A DNA stretch of 64,000 bases from Candidatus Campbellbacteria bacterium GW2011_OD1_34_28 (lineage in GTDB: Bacteria > Patescibacteriota > Minisyncoccia > Phycocordibacterales > UBA12079), in the NCBI GenBank assembly GCA_001029775.1, contig CP011215.1:187187-251186 (forward strand), given 5' to 3'. The translations under genes were made by a program, and so were the position numbers. Under the pieces are notes generated by a model. That model was given only the letters and a program-made list of their open reading frames with translations. It did no database searches and was not told the DNA's origin. Positions 28,231-38,615 of this stretch are shown here, piece after piece. Position 1 is the first letter of the stretch, and every line of letters begins with the position of its first letter.

Positions 28231-28593
28231 TTGAATATGGATACAAAAATTTACAAAGAAAAATTGGAAGCAGAATTAAAAACATTAGAACAAGAGCTTC
28301 AAAGTGTTGGTATAAAAGATCCCAACAACCCACAAGACTGGATCGCTGTTCAACCAGAAGAAAATATTTCTCCCGCTGACGAAAACGAAGTAGCCGACAC
28401 AATTGATGATTTTGAAAACAACCGAGCAATTTTGAATGATTTAGAAATCAAATATAACGATGCAAAACTTGCTTTGGAAAAAATTGAAAATGGAACATAC
28501 GGAATGTGCGAGACAAACAATCACCCTATTGATGAAGATAGATTGATGGCAAATCCTTCGGCAAGAACTTGTAAAGAACACATGAATCAATAA
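28231..28593 (+). CDS. TraR/DksA-family protein
   Basis: Coiled coil with DENEVAD tip, ALEKIENGTYGMC...RLMANPSARTC. Confidence 0.85.
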   Translation: MNMDTKIYKEKLEAELKTLEQELQSVGIKDPNNPQDWIAVQPEENISPADENEVADTIDDFENNRAILNDLEIKYNDAKLALEKIENGTYGMCETNNHPIDEDRLMANPSARTCKEHMNQ

Positions 28594-28724
28594 ACAAAAA
28601 AACAGCCCTCACGGGCTGTTTTTTTTGTTTATTGAATTTTCATTTACCAACCTGCCTGTCGGCAGACAGGTTTTCAGTTTCTAATAAATAATTATAATAT
28701 TTTAGTTTGAATTACAAAATGTAC

Positions 28725-28816
28725 TGGATTTATTGCTCCGAATTTTTTGCCTAAAAAATCCAAAGTTCGCTTTGCTCGCAAAGACGACGTCTTTGCGAGC
28801 AAAGCGAATCAATCCA
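28725..28816. repeat. REP/RPE-like paired palindrome
   Basis: TTCGCTTTGCTCGCAAAGACG-A-CGTCTTTGCGAGCAAAGCGAA perfect inverted repeat. Confidence 0.75.
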
Positions 28817-28889
28817 AAAAAATATAATTTATATTTTTTCCACCATTACTTTATAGACTTTAAAAACTTTCAACTTTATACTTAATTGT

Positions 28890-30416
28890 ATGTCATTCTC
28901 CAAAATTTATTCCGCCCAAACAAATTTATTAAATGCTCATATTATTGATATTGAAATAGATATTCTCTCCAGTAATCTTTACAATTTTTCTGTTGTTGGA
29001 CTTCCTGACAAAGCAGTTGAAGAATCTCGCGACAGAGTATCGGCCGCAATAAAAAATTCTGGATTTAAATCACCTAAACAACAAGGACAAAAAATTGTCA
29101 TAGCTCTTGCTCCAGCAAACCTTAAAAAAGAAGGCCCAAATTTTGATTTAGGAATAGCTTTGTCATATCTACTAGCAACAGACGAAATAACCTTTGATAC
29201 AAAAAACAAAATATTTTTGGGCGAATTGGCGCTGGACGGAAAATTGAGAAAAACAAAAGGAGTGTTACCGTTGGTTAGAGAAGCAAAAAAACAAGGCTTT
29301 GAAGAAGTTTATCTACCGTGTGAAAATGTATTGGAAGGAGCACTGATAGAAGGAATAAGAGTATATGGAGTAGAAAGTCTCTCTCAACTACTTGATCACT
29401 TGGACGAAAACAGCCCAGAAAAAATAATACCCCAACCAACCACAAAAATAAAACTTTCAAAACAAGAATACAAAATAGATTTTTCTGACATAAAGGGCCA
29501 AGACCGTGCTAAAAGGGGATTGGAAATAGCAGCTGCTGGCGGACACAATATTGCAATGTATGGACCCCCAGGAACAGGAAAAACAATGCTTGCAAAAGCT
29601 TTTTGCCACCTCTTACCACCACTTTCCTTTGAAGATATTTTAGAAGTGACATCTATTCACTCTGTTGCAGGTACTCTCACAAAAGGGATAATCACCGAAC
29701 CACCTTTTAGGGCACCACACCACACGTCTTCTCATATTTCTGTTGTAGGCGGAGGGACATTTCCAAAACCAGGAGAAGTGACATTGGCACACAAAGGAGT
29801 GCTTTTTGTGGACGAGTTCCCAGAATTTGAAAGAAGAGTAATTGATTCTTTAAGACAGCCTTTGGAAGACAAGGTGGTTAGTATTTCACGAGCAAAAGGA
29901 TCCGCAATCTTTCCCGCCAACTTTATTTTGATCGCCACAATGAATCCTTGTCCTTGTGGAAATTACAAATCAAAAAAACCATGTATTTGTAATCAGGCAA
30001 GTATCCAAAAATATCAAAGAAAAATTTCTGGTCCTATTATTGATAGGGTGGATATGTGGGTAGAGGTTTCTTCTATTGATTACAAAGATCTTTCAGACAA
30101 TAAGCCTTGCGGAGAAAAAACAGATTTAATAAAAGAAAAAGTATTAAAAGCGAGAAATATCCAAATAGAAAGATTTGGCAAAACAAAAACAAACGGAGAT
30201 ATGTCCTCAAAAGATATTGAAAAACACATCAAAATGAATAATGAAGTAAAAGGAGCAATAAATGAATATGCAGAAAATTTAAATCTCTCTGCTCGCGCTT
30301 ATCACAAAGTAATAAAGCTTGCTCGCACAGTTGCTGATCTAAAAAACAAGCAAGATATAGACAAAGATGATATTTTGGAAGCCCTATCATACAGACCAAA
30401 AGAAAATAGTCTCTGA
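28890..30416 (+). CDS. comM: ComM/YifB Mg-chelatase-like AAA+ ATPase
   Basis: VGLPDKAVEESRDRV, AAAGGHN, GPPGTGKT, PFRAPHH, MNPCPCG, LSARAY. Confidence 0.92.
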   Translation: MSFSKIYSAQTNLLNAHIIDIEIDILSSNLYNFSVVGLPDKAVEESRDRVSAAIKNSGFKSPKQQGQKIVIALAPANLKKEGPNFDLGIALSYLLATDEITFDTKNKIFLGELALDGKLRKTKGVLPLVREAKKQGFEEVYLPCENVLEGALIEGIRVYGVESLSQLLDHLDENSPEKIIPQPTTKIKLSKQEYKIDFSDIKGQDRAKRGLEIAAAGGHNIAMYGPPGTGKTMLAKAFCHLLPPLSFEDILEVTSIHSVAGTLTKGIITEPPFRAPHHTSSHISVVGGGTFPKPGEVTLAHKGVLFVDEFPEFERRVIDSLRQPLEDKVVSISRAKGSAIFPANFILIATMNPCPCGNYKSKKPCICNQASIQKYQRKISGPIIDRVDMWVEVSSIDYKDLSDNKPCGEKTDLIKEKVLKARNIQIERFGKTKTNGDMSSKDIEKHIKMNNEVKGAINEYAENLNLSARAYHKVIKLARTVADLKNKQDIDKDDILEALSYRPKENSL

Positions 30417-30463
30417 TTTAATGTTAAAATATATATAATTAAAAATATTTAATAATAAAAAAT

Positions 30464-30754
30464 ATGTTAGACGCAAACAAACTAAAAACGGATATTGAAA
30501 GGTTAAAAAAAGAAATACAAGAAAATTCTACAAAACTAAACCAAACAGAAACAGATTTAAAAAATTTACAAACAGAACAACAACAAAAAAGACAAACAAA
30601 ACAAAAACTTGAAATGGAGCTTCGAGAGAATGAAACAAAAACAAGACTAACAATGAACGAAATATCCAAACTAAAAAATCTAAAATTTTCAAGAGATCGT
30701 GAATTATTCAAGATGGAAACAGAATACAAAAACATATCAAAAAAAACTCTCTAG
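30464..30754 (+). CDS. Small coiled-coil hypothetical protein
   Basis: Heptad-rich E/K/Q/L sequence followed by a terminator-like hairpin. Confidence 0.55.
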   Translation: MLDANKLKTDIERLKKEIQENSTKLNQTETDLKNLQTEQQQKRQTKQKLEMELRENETKTRLTMNEISKLKNLKFSRDRELFKMETEYKNISKKTL

Positions 30755-30875
30755 AAAAATCGCCCTATGGGCGATTTTTTACTTACTACTTATTATTTAA
30801 CCCTTACTCCTTTCTTCTTACACCTCACTACTAGCCAAAAATCCATTTTAAAAAAACACCCCACGGGGTGTTTTT

Positions 30876-31895
30876 TTAAAATGGATTTTTGGCTCCACGA
30901 ATCTCAAAGTGCAAGTGTGGTCCTGTTGATTTTCCTGTATTACCACTGTAGCCGATTACCTGTCCTCTCACAACAACTTGTCCGGCAGAAACAATATTTT
31001 GACTCATGTGAGCATACAAAGTCTGTGTTCCATTATCGTGCTGAATTACAATATAACTACCATAACCACCATTCCATCCGTAATCACGGCTAATGATTAC
31101 TTTTCCAGAAGCAGAAGCGACAACAGAAGTTCCAACAGGTGTTCCTATATCTATAGCGTTGTATCCGTGAATACCTTGTGTTCTTACACCTGTAACAGGT
31201 CTTATGTAATAACCAGAAGTTGATGGTGTTGTTTTTCCAGAAGAACTTCCTGTCTTTGAAGATTTATAAACAAATGAACCCATATCACCGTCTGGAATAA
31301 TAACAATATCACCAACAGCTAGTGTTTCATCTATTAGATTATTAAAACTCTTTATTTCATCTATATCTCCTTTATATTTATTTGCAATACCAGCAAGAGT
31401 TTCTCCTTTCTTAACAGTATGTCTTACACCTGTTACCGGTAATATAACAAGGGTTTGTCCTTTTGTAATTATTCCATTTTTTAGATCGTTCGCCCAAATA
31501 ATAGTATTATTTGAAACACCAAACATTTTTGAAATCTGTGACAAAGAATCTCCCTCTCTTACAACATAAACACTGATCTTGTCGCTGTTTGTTTTTTCAC
31601 TTATATCAACCATACTTCCGGAAGGCCCTGTCTCAGACAAAAGAGCAACATCACCCACTATTGTAATATCACCACCTCCTTTAGCTGGATTTGGATCAAA
31701 ATTAACAGACGCTTGTAGTAAATTTATATTTTGTGAATTTATAGAAATATCCTCATTCACTGTTTCTTCTTTTGCAAACAAATTAGTAACACTTGCAACA
31801 AAAGACAAAGCACCAGCCTGAGCATAAGAAACAGGTGTTCCAAAGAATGCCAAAGCAAAAACAACCCTTATAACAAAAAGGTTCCTAAAAATCAT
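30876..31895 (-). CDS. LysM-repeat M23 family peptidase
   Basis: Two LysM repeats (YVVREGDSLS, HTVKKGETL), HGYNAID, LYAH, STGPHLHFE; start at ATG 31895. Confidence 0.9.
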   Translation of the reverse strand: MIFRNLFVIRVVFALAFFGTPVSYAQAGALSFVASVTNLFAKEETVNEDISINSQNINLLQASVNFDPNPAKGGGDITIVGDVALLSETGPSGSMVDISEKTNSDKISVYVVREGDSLSQISKMFGVSNNTIIWANDLKNGIITKGQTLVILPVTGVRHTVKKGETLAGIANKYKGDIDEIKSFNNLIDETLAVGDIVIIPDGDMGSFVYKSSKTGSSSGKTTPSTSGYYIRPVTGVRTQGIHGYNAIDIGTPVGTSVVASASGKVIISRDYGWNGGYGSYIVIQHDNGTQTLYAHMSQNIVSAGQVVVRGQVIGYSGNTGKSTGPHLHFEIRGAKNPF

Positions 31896-32334
31896 TTTTA
31901 CCTTCTGATTCAACACTTTTTTAGACGAATCAGAATCCTTTGGGGTAAGTAAAATAAGCCGAAATTTTAAGTTGATAACCGAATCTCTGTGGTGAATTCC
32001 GCTTAAAAGCGGTTTCATCTGCCTTTCCAAAATACAACAATGTCAGAAATTGTATATTTATTCACAATGAAAGTCAATGGCTTTGACCTTGTTAATTTAT
32101 ATACAACTTCTACTATAATTTTATCAAAATGAACACCTTGGTCAATCAATATGTGGATAAGAAAAGAAGGGGTAAGGAGCAAGGATTAAGGTGTAAGGGT
32201 AGAGGGGTAATATTTAAAAGACAAATATTACCAAACAAAAAATCCTAATTTATACCAATAATAACAACATTTGTATTGCATTCGTATAATTCGTAATATT
32301 CGTATATTCGTATATCTAATGTTAAAATAGCTCA

Positions 32335-34308
32335 ATGCACGAACATCTAAATGAACTAAATTCAAATCAAAAATCAGCAGTCGTTCAAAAAGATGGGCCT
32401 GTTTTGATAATAGCAGGAGCAGGAGCAGGAAAAACAAAAACAATCACACACAGAATACTCCATCTTATAAATGAAGGGGTGGCTCCTTCATCAATACTGG
32501 CGGTGACATTCACAAACAAAGCTTCAAAAGAAATGAAGGAAAGAGTAGAAAAAATGTTATCCTCAGACGGAAAAATAAATTTTCCTATTTCAAACCAAGA
32601 AAAACCTTTTATCAGTACATTTCACTCTTTGGGTGTCTATATAATAAAAGAAAATTCTCACAAACTGGGATTAACCAGACATTTTAATATATTTGATAAA
32701 AACGATTCAAAAAGAGCTGTGAAAGAAGCTCTTATTCAAAACGGTTTAGACCCAAAACAATTTGATCCTGCAAAAATAGTTGGTTTTATATCCAAACAAA
32801 AAGGAAATTCTATAAGTTACGAAAAATTTAAAGAAAACACGGGAAATGATTATTTTTCTCAAATTGTTTCAAAAGTTTGGGACGGTTACGAAAAAACACT
32901 AAAGAAAGAAAAGGCTCTTGATTTTGATGATCTTCTTTTAAAAACATCTATTCTTTTAAGAGAAGATTCTGGTGTTAGAAATTATTATCAAAATAAATGG
33001 CAGTATGTTCATATAGATGAATATCAGGATACAAACCGTGTTCAATATGAAATATCAAAATTGTTAGTTGGAAAAAAACAAAATATTTGTGTTGTCGGCG
33101 ATGCTGATCAATGTATTTACAGTTGGCGTGGTGCAAATCATAAAAATATATTAAATTTTGAAAAAGATTTTTCCAATGTAAAAACTGTTGTTTTGGAAGA
33201 AAACTATCGTTCTACAAAAAATATTTTATCCGCTGCCAATGATGTTATAAAGAAAAACAAAACAAGAAAAGAAAAAAATCTTTTTACAAACAATGCGGAA
33301 GGAGAAAAAATAAGTCTTTTTTCAAATTATACAGAAAGACAGGAAGCAGATAATGTTGTTGGAAAAATTCAAGAATTATTAGTAAAAGGAGCAGATCTAA
33401 ATGAAGTTGCTGTTTTATATAGAGCAAATTTTCAATCTCGAGCTTTGGAAGAAGCTTTTCTTATGGCAGGAGTTCCTTATCAAGTATTGGGAACAAAATT
33501 TTTTGATAGAAAAGAAATTAAAGATATTATTTCTTTTATAAAAGCATCTTTAAATCCAGACAGTCTAACTGATATAAAAAGAATAATAAATGTACCACCA
33601 AGAGGAATAGGTGAAGTTACTTTGTTAAAAATATTTAACAATAAAAAAGAAGAATTAAATCCAAAAACAAGAGAAAAGGTTGATAATTTTTATCAAATGC
33701 TGGAAAAAATAGGAGAAAGTTGTTTAAAAGATAAACCTTCTGATGTTATTAAATTTATAATGAAAATAACAGGAATTGAAGCAAAATTAAGTCCGTCAGA
33801 TGGTAGTGGAACAGAAGAAGATAAAGAAAGACTGGATAATATTAAAGAAATGGTTACTTTGGCGGTAAAATATGATTATTTTGTTGTTTCCGAAGGTTTG
33901 GAAAAAATGTTGGAAGATTCTGCTTTGGCTACAGATCAAGATGAAATTGATAATAAAAATAAAAAAGACGCTATAAAATTGATGACTGTTCACGCCTCTA
34001 AAGGTTTGGAATTTGATTATGTTTTTATAACAGGACTAGAAGATTCTCTTTTTCCAAGTAAAAGAAACAACAACCAAACTGAAGATGAAAAAGAGGAAGA
34101 AAGAAGATTATTTTATGTTGCACTAACTCGAGCAAGAAAAAAATTGTTTTTATCATATGCCTCAATAAGAATGATTTTTGGATCAAAACAAATGAATCCT
34201 CCTTCAGAATTTATCTTTGATATAAAGGACAATTTAATAGAAGATGAATCTTACAAAAGGACAGAAAATTATGGTAATAGTGAGAAAATTATTTATTTAG
34301 ATCTATAA
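32335..34308 (+). CDS. pcrA: ATP-dependent DNA helicase PcrA/UvrD
   Basis: AGAGAGKT, TFTNKA, DEYQDTN, VGDADQCIYSWRGA, NYRST, MTVHASKGLEF, EERRLFYVALTRA. Confidence 0.93.
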   Translation: MHEHLNELNSNQKSAVVQKDGPVLIIAGAGAGKTKTITHRILHLINEGVAPSSILAVTFTNKASKEMKERVEKMLSSDGKINFPISNQEKPFISTFHSLGVYIIKENSHKLGLTRHFNIFDKNDSKRAVKEALIQNGLDPKQFDPAKIVGFISKQKGNSISYEKFKENTGNDYFSQIVSKVWDGYEKTLKKEKALDFDDLLLKTSILLREDSGVRNYYQNKWQYVHIDEYQDTNRVQYEISKLLVGKKQNICVVGDADQCIYSWRGANHKNILNFEKDFSNVKTVVLEENYRSTKNILSAANDVIKKNKTRKEKNLFTNNAEGEKISLFSNYTERQEADNVVGKIQELLVKGADLNEVAVLYRANFQSRALEEAFLMAGVPYQVLGTKFFDRKEIKDIISFIKASLNPDSLTDIKRIINVPPRGIGEVTLLKIFNNKKEELNPKTREKVDNFYQMLEKIGESCLKDKPSDVIKFIMKITGIEAKLSPSDGSGTEEDKERLDNIKEMVTLAVKYDYFVVSEGLEKMLEDSALATDQDEIDNKNKKDAIKLMTVHASKGLEFDYVFITGLEDSLFPSKRNNNQTEDEKEEERRLFYVALTRARKKLFLSYASIRMIFGSKQMNPPSEFIFDIKDNLIEDESYKRTENYGNSEKIIYLDL

Positions 34309-34548
34309 AGGACTGTTAATAACTTGTTGAATATGGGTATAATAAACAAACAATAAAAGTTTAATAATGTTTGAAATATTTTTTAAATTTATACTTACAA
34401 ACATTCCATTAAAAAATATATACAAATTGTTACTAAAAAATATTTGTAAAAACAGTTATTTAAATTGACTCAAAAATAGTTATCAACATATCCACAGCGT
34501 ATAATATATTAAATAGTTTATATATATAATATAAGTTAATAGTTATAT
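34309..34548. promoter_or_regulatory. Candidate replication origin (oriC)
   Basis: Tandem DnaA boxes TTATCAACA/ATATCCACA at 34480-34496, then GCG and a ~50-nt AT-only-like tract; further degenerate boxes; apparent strand-skew change nearby. Confidence 0.55.
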
Positions 34549-35352
34549 ATGAATATAAAACCAAAAAAATCACTAGGACAAAACTTCTTAAAGACAAAAG
34601 AAATATTAGATATAGTAATTCAAACAGCTAATATAAAAGACAAAGATATTGTTTTAGAAATAGGTCCAGGGAAAGGAGCTCTCACTGAAAAACTTTTAGA
34701 AAAAGCAAAAGAAGTTATTGTTGTTGAAAAAGATAATCGCCTAATAGAATTTTTAAATGAAAAATTTGAAAGTGATGTAAAAACAAAAAAACTAAAAATA
34801 ATTGAAGGAGATATATTGGATATTGATATTTGTGAGGTGTTGGACACTTTACAATACAAAGTGGTTGCTAATATACCATATTACATAACAGGTCAAATAA
34901 TAAAGAAATTTTTATCTGAAGAAAAACAACCAAGTGATATAGTTTTGATGGTTCAAAAAGAGGTGGCAGAAAGAATTGTTGATAAACCGGAAAGTATATT
35001 ATCGCTAAGTGTAAAAGTATATGGAACACCTAAATATATAAAAACCGTTAAAGCAAAGCATTTTTCTCCTCAACCAAAGGTGGATTCGGCTATTTTGTTG
35101 ATAAAAAATATATCAAAAAATGTTTTTATTGAAAATAATATAAAAGAAAATGATTTTTTTGATCTTGTTAAAGCCGGTTTTTCTCACAAAAGAAAGTATT
35201 TATTAAACAATTTGGAGACAAATTGGATTTTAATGAATAAAAATAAAGAAAAATTAAAAGATATTTTGGAAAAATCTGATATATCTTTAAAAATTAGAGC
35301 AGAAAACCTTTCTTTGGAAGATTGGATAAATATATTGAAGCATAATTTTTAA
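34549..35352 (+). CDS. rsmA: 16S rRNA m6(2)A dimethyltransferase
   Basis: KKSLGQNFL, LEIGPGKGALT, VANIPYYIT, MVQKEVAER, PKVDSA. Confidence 0.95.
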   Translation: MNIKPKKSLGQNFLKTKEILDIVIQTANIKDKDIVLEIGPGKGALTEKLLEKAKEVIVVEKDNRLIEFLNEKFESDVKTKKLKIIEGDILDIDICEVLDTLQYKVVANIPYYITGQIIKKFLSEEKQPSDIVLMVQKEVAERIVDKPESILSLSVKVYGTPKYIKTVKAKHFSPQPKVDSAILLIKNISKNVFIENNIKENDFFDLVKAGFSHKRKYLLNNLETNWILMNKNKEKLKDILEKSDISLKIRAENLSLEDWINILKHNF

Positions 35353-35434
35353 TTTTTATTTACTACTTAATTTAATACTCTTTTATCCACATAAAATATT
35401 AAATTTTAATTGTTTTTGTTGATATAATTATCTC

Positions 35435-36373
35435 ATGGACAAAAGTTGGCTCCCGAGTAAAAAATTAGTCCTATCTTTTAGTACCCTAGCAATTTTATTG
35501 TTGGGGAGTGTTGCTGTTTCTGAGTTGTTTAATAAGCAAAATGTTTATTTAGGAGAAAATAATAGTGTAAAGGTAGCAGAACTAAGAGGTAGTTTTTCAG
35601 AAAAAGACACGGATGGGGATGGTTTGATGGATTGGGAAGAGTCTCTTTGGAAAACAGATATAAATAACACCGATACAGACGGAGACGGAACAAATGATGG
35701 CGATGAAATACTACAAAAAAGAAATCCTGTTGTCGCTGGACCAGATGATTTATTGAAAGGAGAAATTTTAAGCGATGATAATTTTTTTAAGTACACTGAT
35801 GAAGAAAATTTGACCGAAACAGATAAATTATCAAGAGACCTTTTGGTGGGTTATTTGAGTATGAAAAAAAATGGTTCTTTTGAAGAAAATAAAACACAAT
35901 TTATTCAGTCTTTGTCACAAGATGTTACAGAAATATCAAAAGAAAAATCGGGCAAATTTTATACATCTACAGATATAAATATTATAGATAATAATAAAAA
36001 ATCTGATATTGAAACTTATAAGAAAAATTTTATAGGTATAATGATGTTTAGTAATGATCCAAGTCAAGATATTTCTATATTTAGAGATGCTTTACAAAAT
36101 GAAAGTAGTAAAGAAATATCAAAACTAGATTCAAGTATTTCTTTATATGAATATATGATGGAAAAACTTTTAGATATAAAAGTTCCTTCTTCTTTGCTAC
36201 AATCGCATTTAATAATAGTTAATTCTTTTGATGATATGATAGAGGGAACAAAAAAAATGAGAAATGTTATGATTGATCCTATTGGAGGTCTCTCAGGAAT
36301 AAATTTAAGAATTGCGTCAGAAGAAGTTTTTTTGGTTGGTTTAAATAAATTAAATGATATTTTAGAAAAATAA
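35435..36373 (+). CDS. Membrane-anchored protein with DxDxDG Ca-binding repeats
   Basis: N-terminal TM segment; DTDGDGLMDWEE and DTDGDGTNDGDE. Confidence 0.7.
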   Translation: MDKSWLPSKKLVLSFSTLAILLLGSVAVSELFNKQNVYLGENNSVKVAELRGSFSEKDTDGDGLMDWEESLWKTDINNTDTDGDGTNDGDEILQKRNPVVAGPDDLLKGEILSDDNFFKYTDEENLTETDKLSRDLLVGYLSMKKNGSFEENKTQFIQSLSQDVTEISKEKSGKFYTSTDINIIDNNKKSDIETYKKNFIGIMMFSNDPSQDISIFRDALQNESSKEISKLDSSISLYEYMMEKLLDIKVPSSLLQSHLIIVNSFDDMIEGTKKMRNVMIDPIGGLSGINLRIASEEVFLVGLNKLNDILEK

Positions 36374-36374
36374 A

Positions 36375-38612
36375 ATGTTTTCAAATAAATTTAAAAAAAC
36401 AACAGCTCTTTTTTTAACGGTAGTTATTATTTTTGTTTCCAGTTTTTCTTTAAAACCACAAAAAACAGAAGCCATTATTGGTTTTGGAGATACTGTTATT
36501 GAAGTAGGAGCGAATCTTTACGCTAACATGACAAAAATGGTAAAAGAAATAGCACTTGATACAATAGCTTGGGCAATTAAGGATAGAATAATTAGACAAA
36601 TAGTCAACTCAACTGTTACATGGATAAATAGTGGTTTTCAAGGCTCTCCGGCATATATAACAGATTTTGAAGGTTTTTTGACTGATGTAGGAGACGATAT
36701 AACGGGAATAATAATAAACGAAACAGGTTTAAACTTTCTTTGTGATCCATTTGCTTTAGATATTAGATTGGCTTTAGAAAATCAATTTATGGAAGGTGAT
36801 GATCTTGATTGTAAGTTGTCCGATGTCACCGACAATATTGGAGGTTCAATAGAGGATATTTCAAATACAATGGGAGAAAATTGGGATTGGGGTGCTTGGG
36901 TACAGATTACCCAAAACACAAGCAATAACCCTTTTTCTTCTTACATAGATGCAACAGTTAGAATTCAAAATACAATTTTTGAAAAAGAACAACAACAGTC
37001 AACCCAGATACAGTGGGCAGATGGTTATATATCAATTCCTTTTTGTGAAACAAATACGGTTGAAGAAAATGGAACTGTTCATTACGATGAACAGTGTAGA
37101 ATTGAAACACCAGGAAAACTTATTTCAGAATCTTTAAACGAACAACTAAGTTGGGGAGGAAAAGAGTTAATATCTGCCGATGAAATAAACGAAATTGTTT
37201 CAGCTTTGTTTGCACAACTAATTAATCAGGTATTTCAAGAAGGCCTTCGTAGTGTAAACGACGATGGATATATGGATGACATGGTGAATGATGATAGTGT
37301 GTGGGAAGGAAGCACTAGGGAAATAATAGGGCAAATTGAAAGAGATATAAAAGAAGAGCAAGCATATTTGGATGTTAAAAAAATGACACTAGAGTTGTTG
37401 TTGTCTACTAAAGAACTTTTGGAAACAATGAAGGAATTTTGTGCGGATGAAGAACTTAATGGTTGGATTAGTAATAAAATAATAACAAAAATTAATCCTT
37501 TGATTGAAAGGATTCAGGCGGACATAAATGTTTCACAAGGAATGATTGACCGTTTGTATGAAATCATTAATAAATTAAGAGCTCTTGTTGATGGAGATTC
37601 TTCAAATCCAGATCCAGATCCTCAGCCAGATCCAGACCCTCAACCAGACCCTTCTGCAAGTTATTCTTGTGAAAAAGTAATTGCACCTAGCTATACAGAC
37701 GGATTTTTCTCTTTGGCGTCATTTAAAAATGTATTATATGCAGGAGCCTTTGGATATGGTCTTGAAAATCAAAGCATGATGTTTGGTGTGGGAGGAGCTT
37801 TCCAACCTGGAATAAAAAATATAGGAGAAAGTGTTTGTGCAATGGAAGAATTTGATGGTTTTCTTTATGCAAATACAGAAAACAGTGGAAAGGTTTATCG
37901 TTCTCAAGACGGTAAAAATTGGGTCACTGTACACAGTTTGGGCCAACCAACAGGTTGTGCTATGGATGTTCACAATAACAACTTGTTTGTTGTTGGTGCA
38001 AATGCTTTTGCTGGATTAAGAAAGTCTGTTATTTATAGATTTACTGGTAAAGTAGGGTGGCAATCTGTATATAGTGACGATTTGTATATAAGAGATATTG
38101 TTTCTTACAAAGGTAGAATATATGCTTTTGGTATTGATAATAGTGGTCAAGGTTATGTTATAAGTTCTGATAATGGTGTTACGGATTGGAGAAAACAACA
38201 GGTGGACAGTCGTTTTTTTAGAGCAACTGTTGTAGATGATACTCTGTGGATAGGGTCTTCTATGAAATATAGTAAAAATAATAAATCTGGAATTTTCAAA
38301 TATAATGGAAATACCTTTGTAAATGTTTATAATACAAATATTTATGAACACATAACCTATGTTAAGGGTTGGGAAGGTGCTTTGTTTGCAGGAACAACAA
38401 AAGGTTTCAAAGTAAAAATGGATGGAACAAATGCAAAGGGTCCAACACAGCTTTTGGTTTCAGCAGACAATGGAACTTCTTGGAAGACAGCATGTACGGT
38501 TCAAGAAGAGGGTATTTGGGATATTATGGAAAACAACGGAAAATTATATATAGCTACGATGAGTTATAATAATGCTACGGGTGGTTCTGTTTATGAGGTA
38601 AAGAAAAAATAA
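36375..38612 (+). CDS. Secreted protein of the T4SS-like cluster with C-terminal beta-propeller
   Basis: Signal peptide, helical N-terminal region, (DPDPQP)n linker, Asp-box-like repeats (RSQDGKNW, SSDNGVTDW, SADNGTSW). Confidence 0.7.
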   Translation: MFSNKFKKTTALFLTVVIIFVSSFSLKPQKTEAIIGFGDTVIEVGANLYANMTKMVKEIALDTIAWAIKDRIIRQIVNSTVTWINSGFQGSPAYITDFEGFLTDVGDDITGIIINETGLNFLCDPFALDIRLALENQFMEGDDLDCKLSDVTDNIGGSIEDISNTMGENWDWGAWVQITQNTSNNPFSSYIDATVRIQNTIFEKEQQQSTQIQWADGYISIPFCETNTVEENGTVHYDEQCRIETPGKLISESLNEQLSWGGKELISADEINEIVSALFAQLINQVFQEGLRSVNDDGYMDDMVNDDSVWEGSTREIIGQIERDIKEEQAYLDVKKMTLELLLSTKELLETMKEFCADEELNGWISNKIITKINPLIERIQADINVSQGMIDRLYEIINKLRALVDGDSSNPDPDPQPDPDPQPDPSASYSCEKVIAPSYTDGFFSLASFKNVLYAGAFGYGLENQSMMFGVGGAFQPGIKNIGESVCAMEEFDGFLYANTENSGKVYRSQDGKNWVTVHSLGQPTGCAMDVHNNNLFVVGANAFAGLRKSVIYRFTGKVGWQSVYSDDLYIRDIVSYKGRIYAFGIDNSGQGYVISSDNGVTDWRKQQVDSRFFRATVVDDTLWIGSSMKYSKNNKSGIFKYNGNTFVNVYNTNIYEHITYVKGWEGALFAGTTKGFKVKMDGTNAKGPTQLLVSADNGTSWKTACTVQEEGIWDIMENNGKLYIATMSYNNATGGSVYEVKKK

Positions 38613-38615
38613 AAT

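Noticed and set aside
33791-33803. Possible second coding palindrome (GTCCGTCAGATGG, LSPSDG) in pcrA
   Set aside because: Too short and degenerate to support without an ortholog alignment
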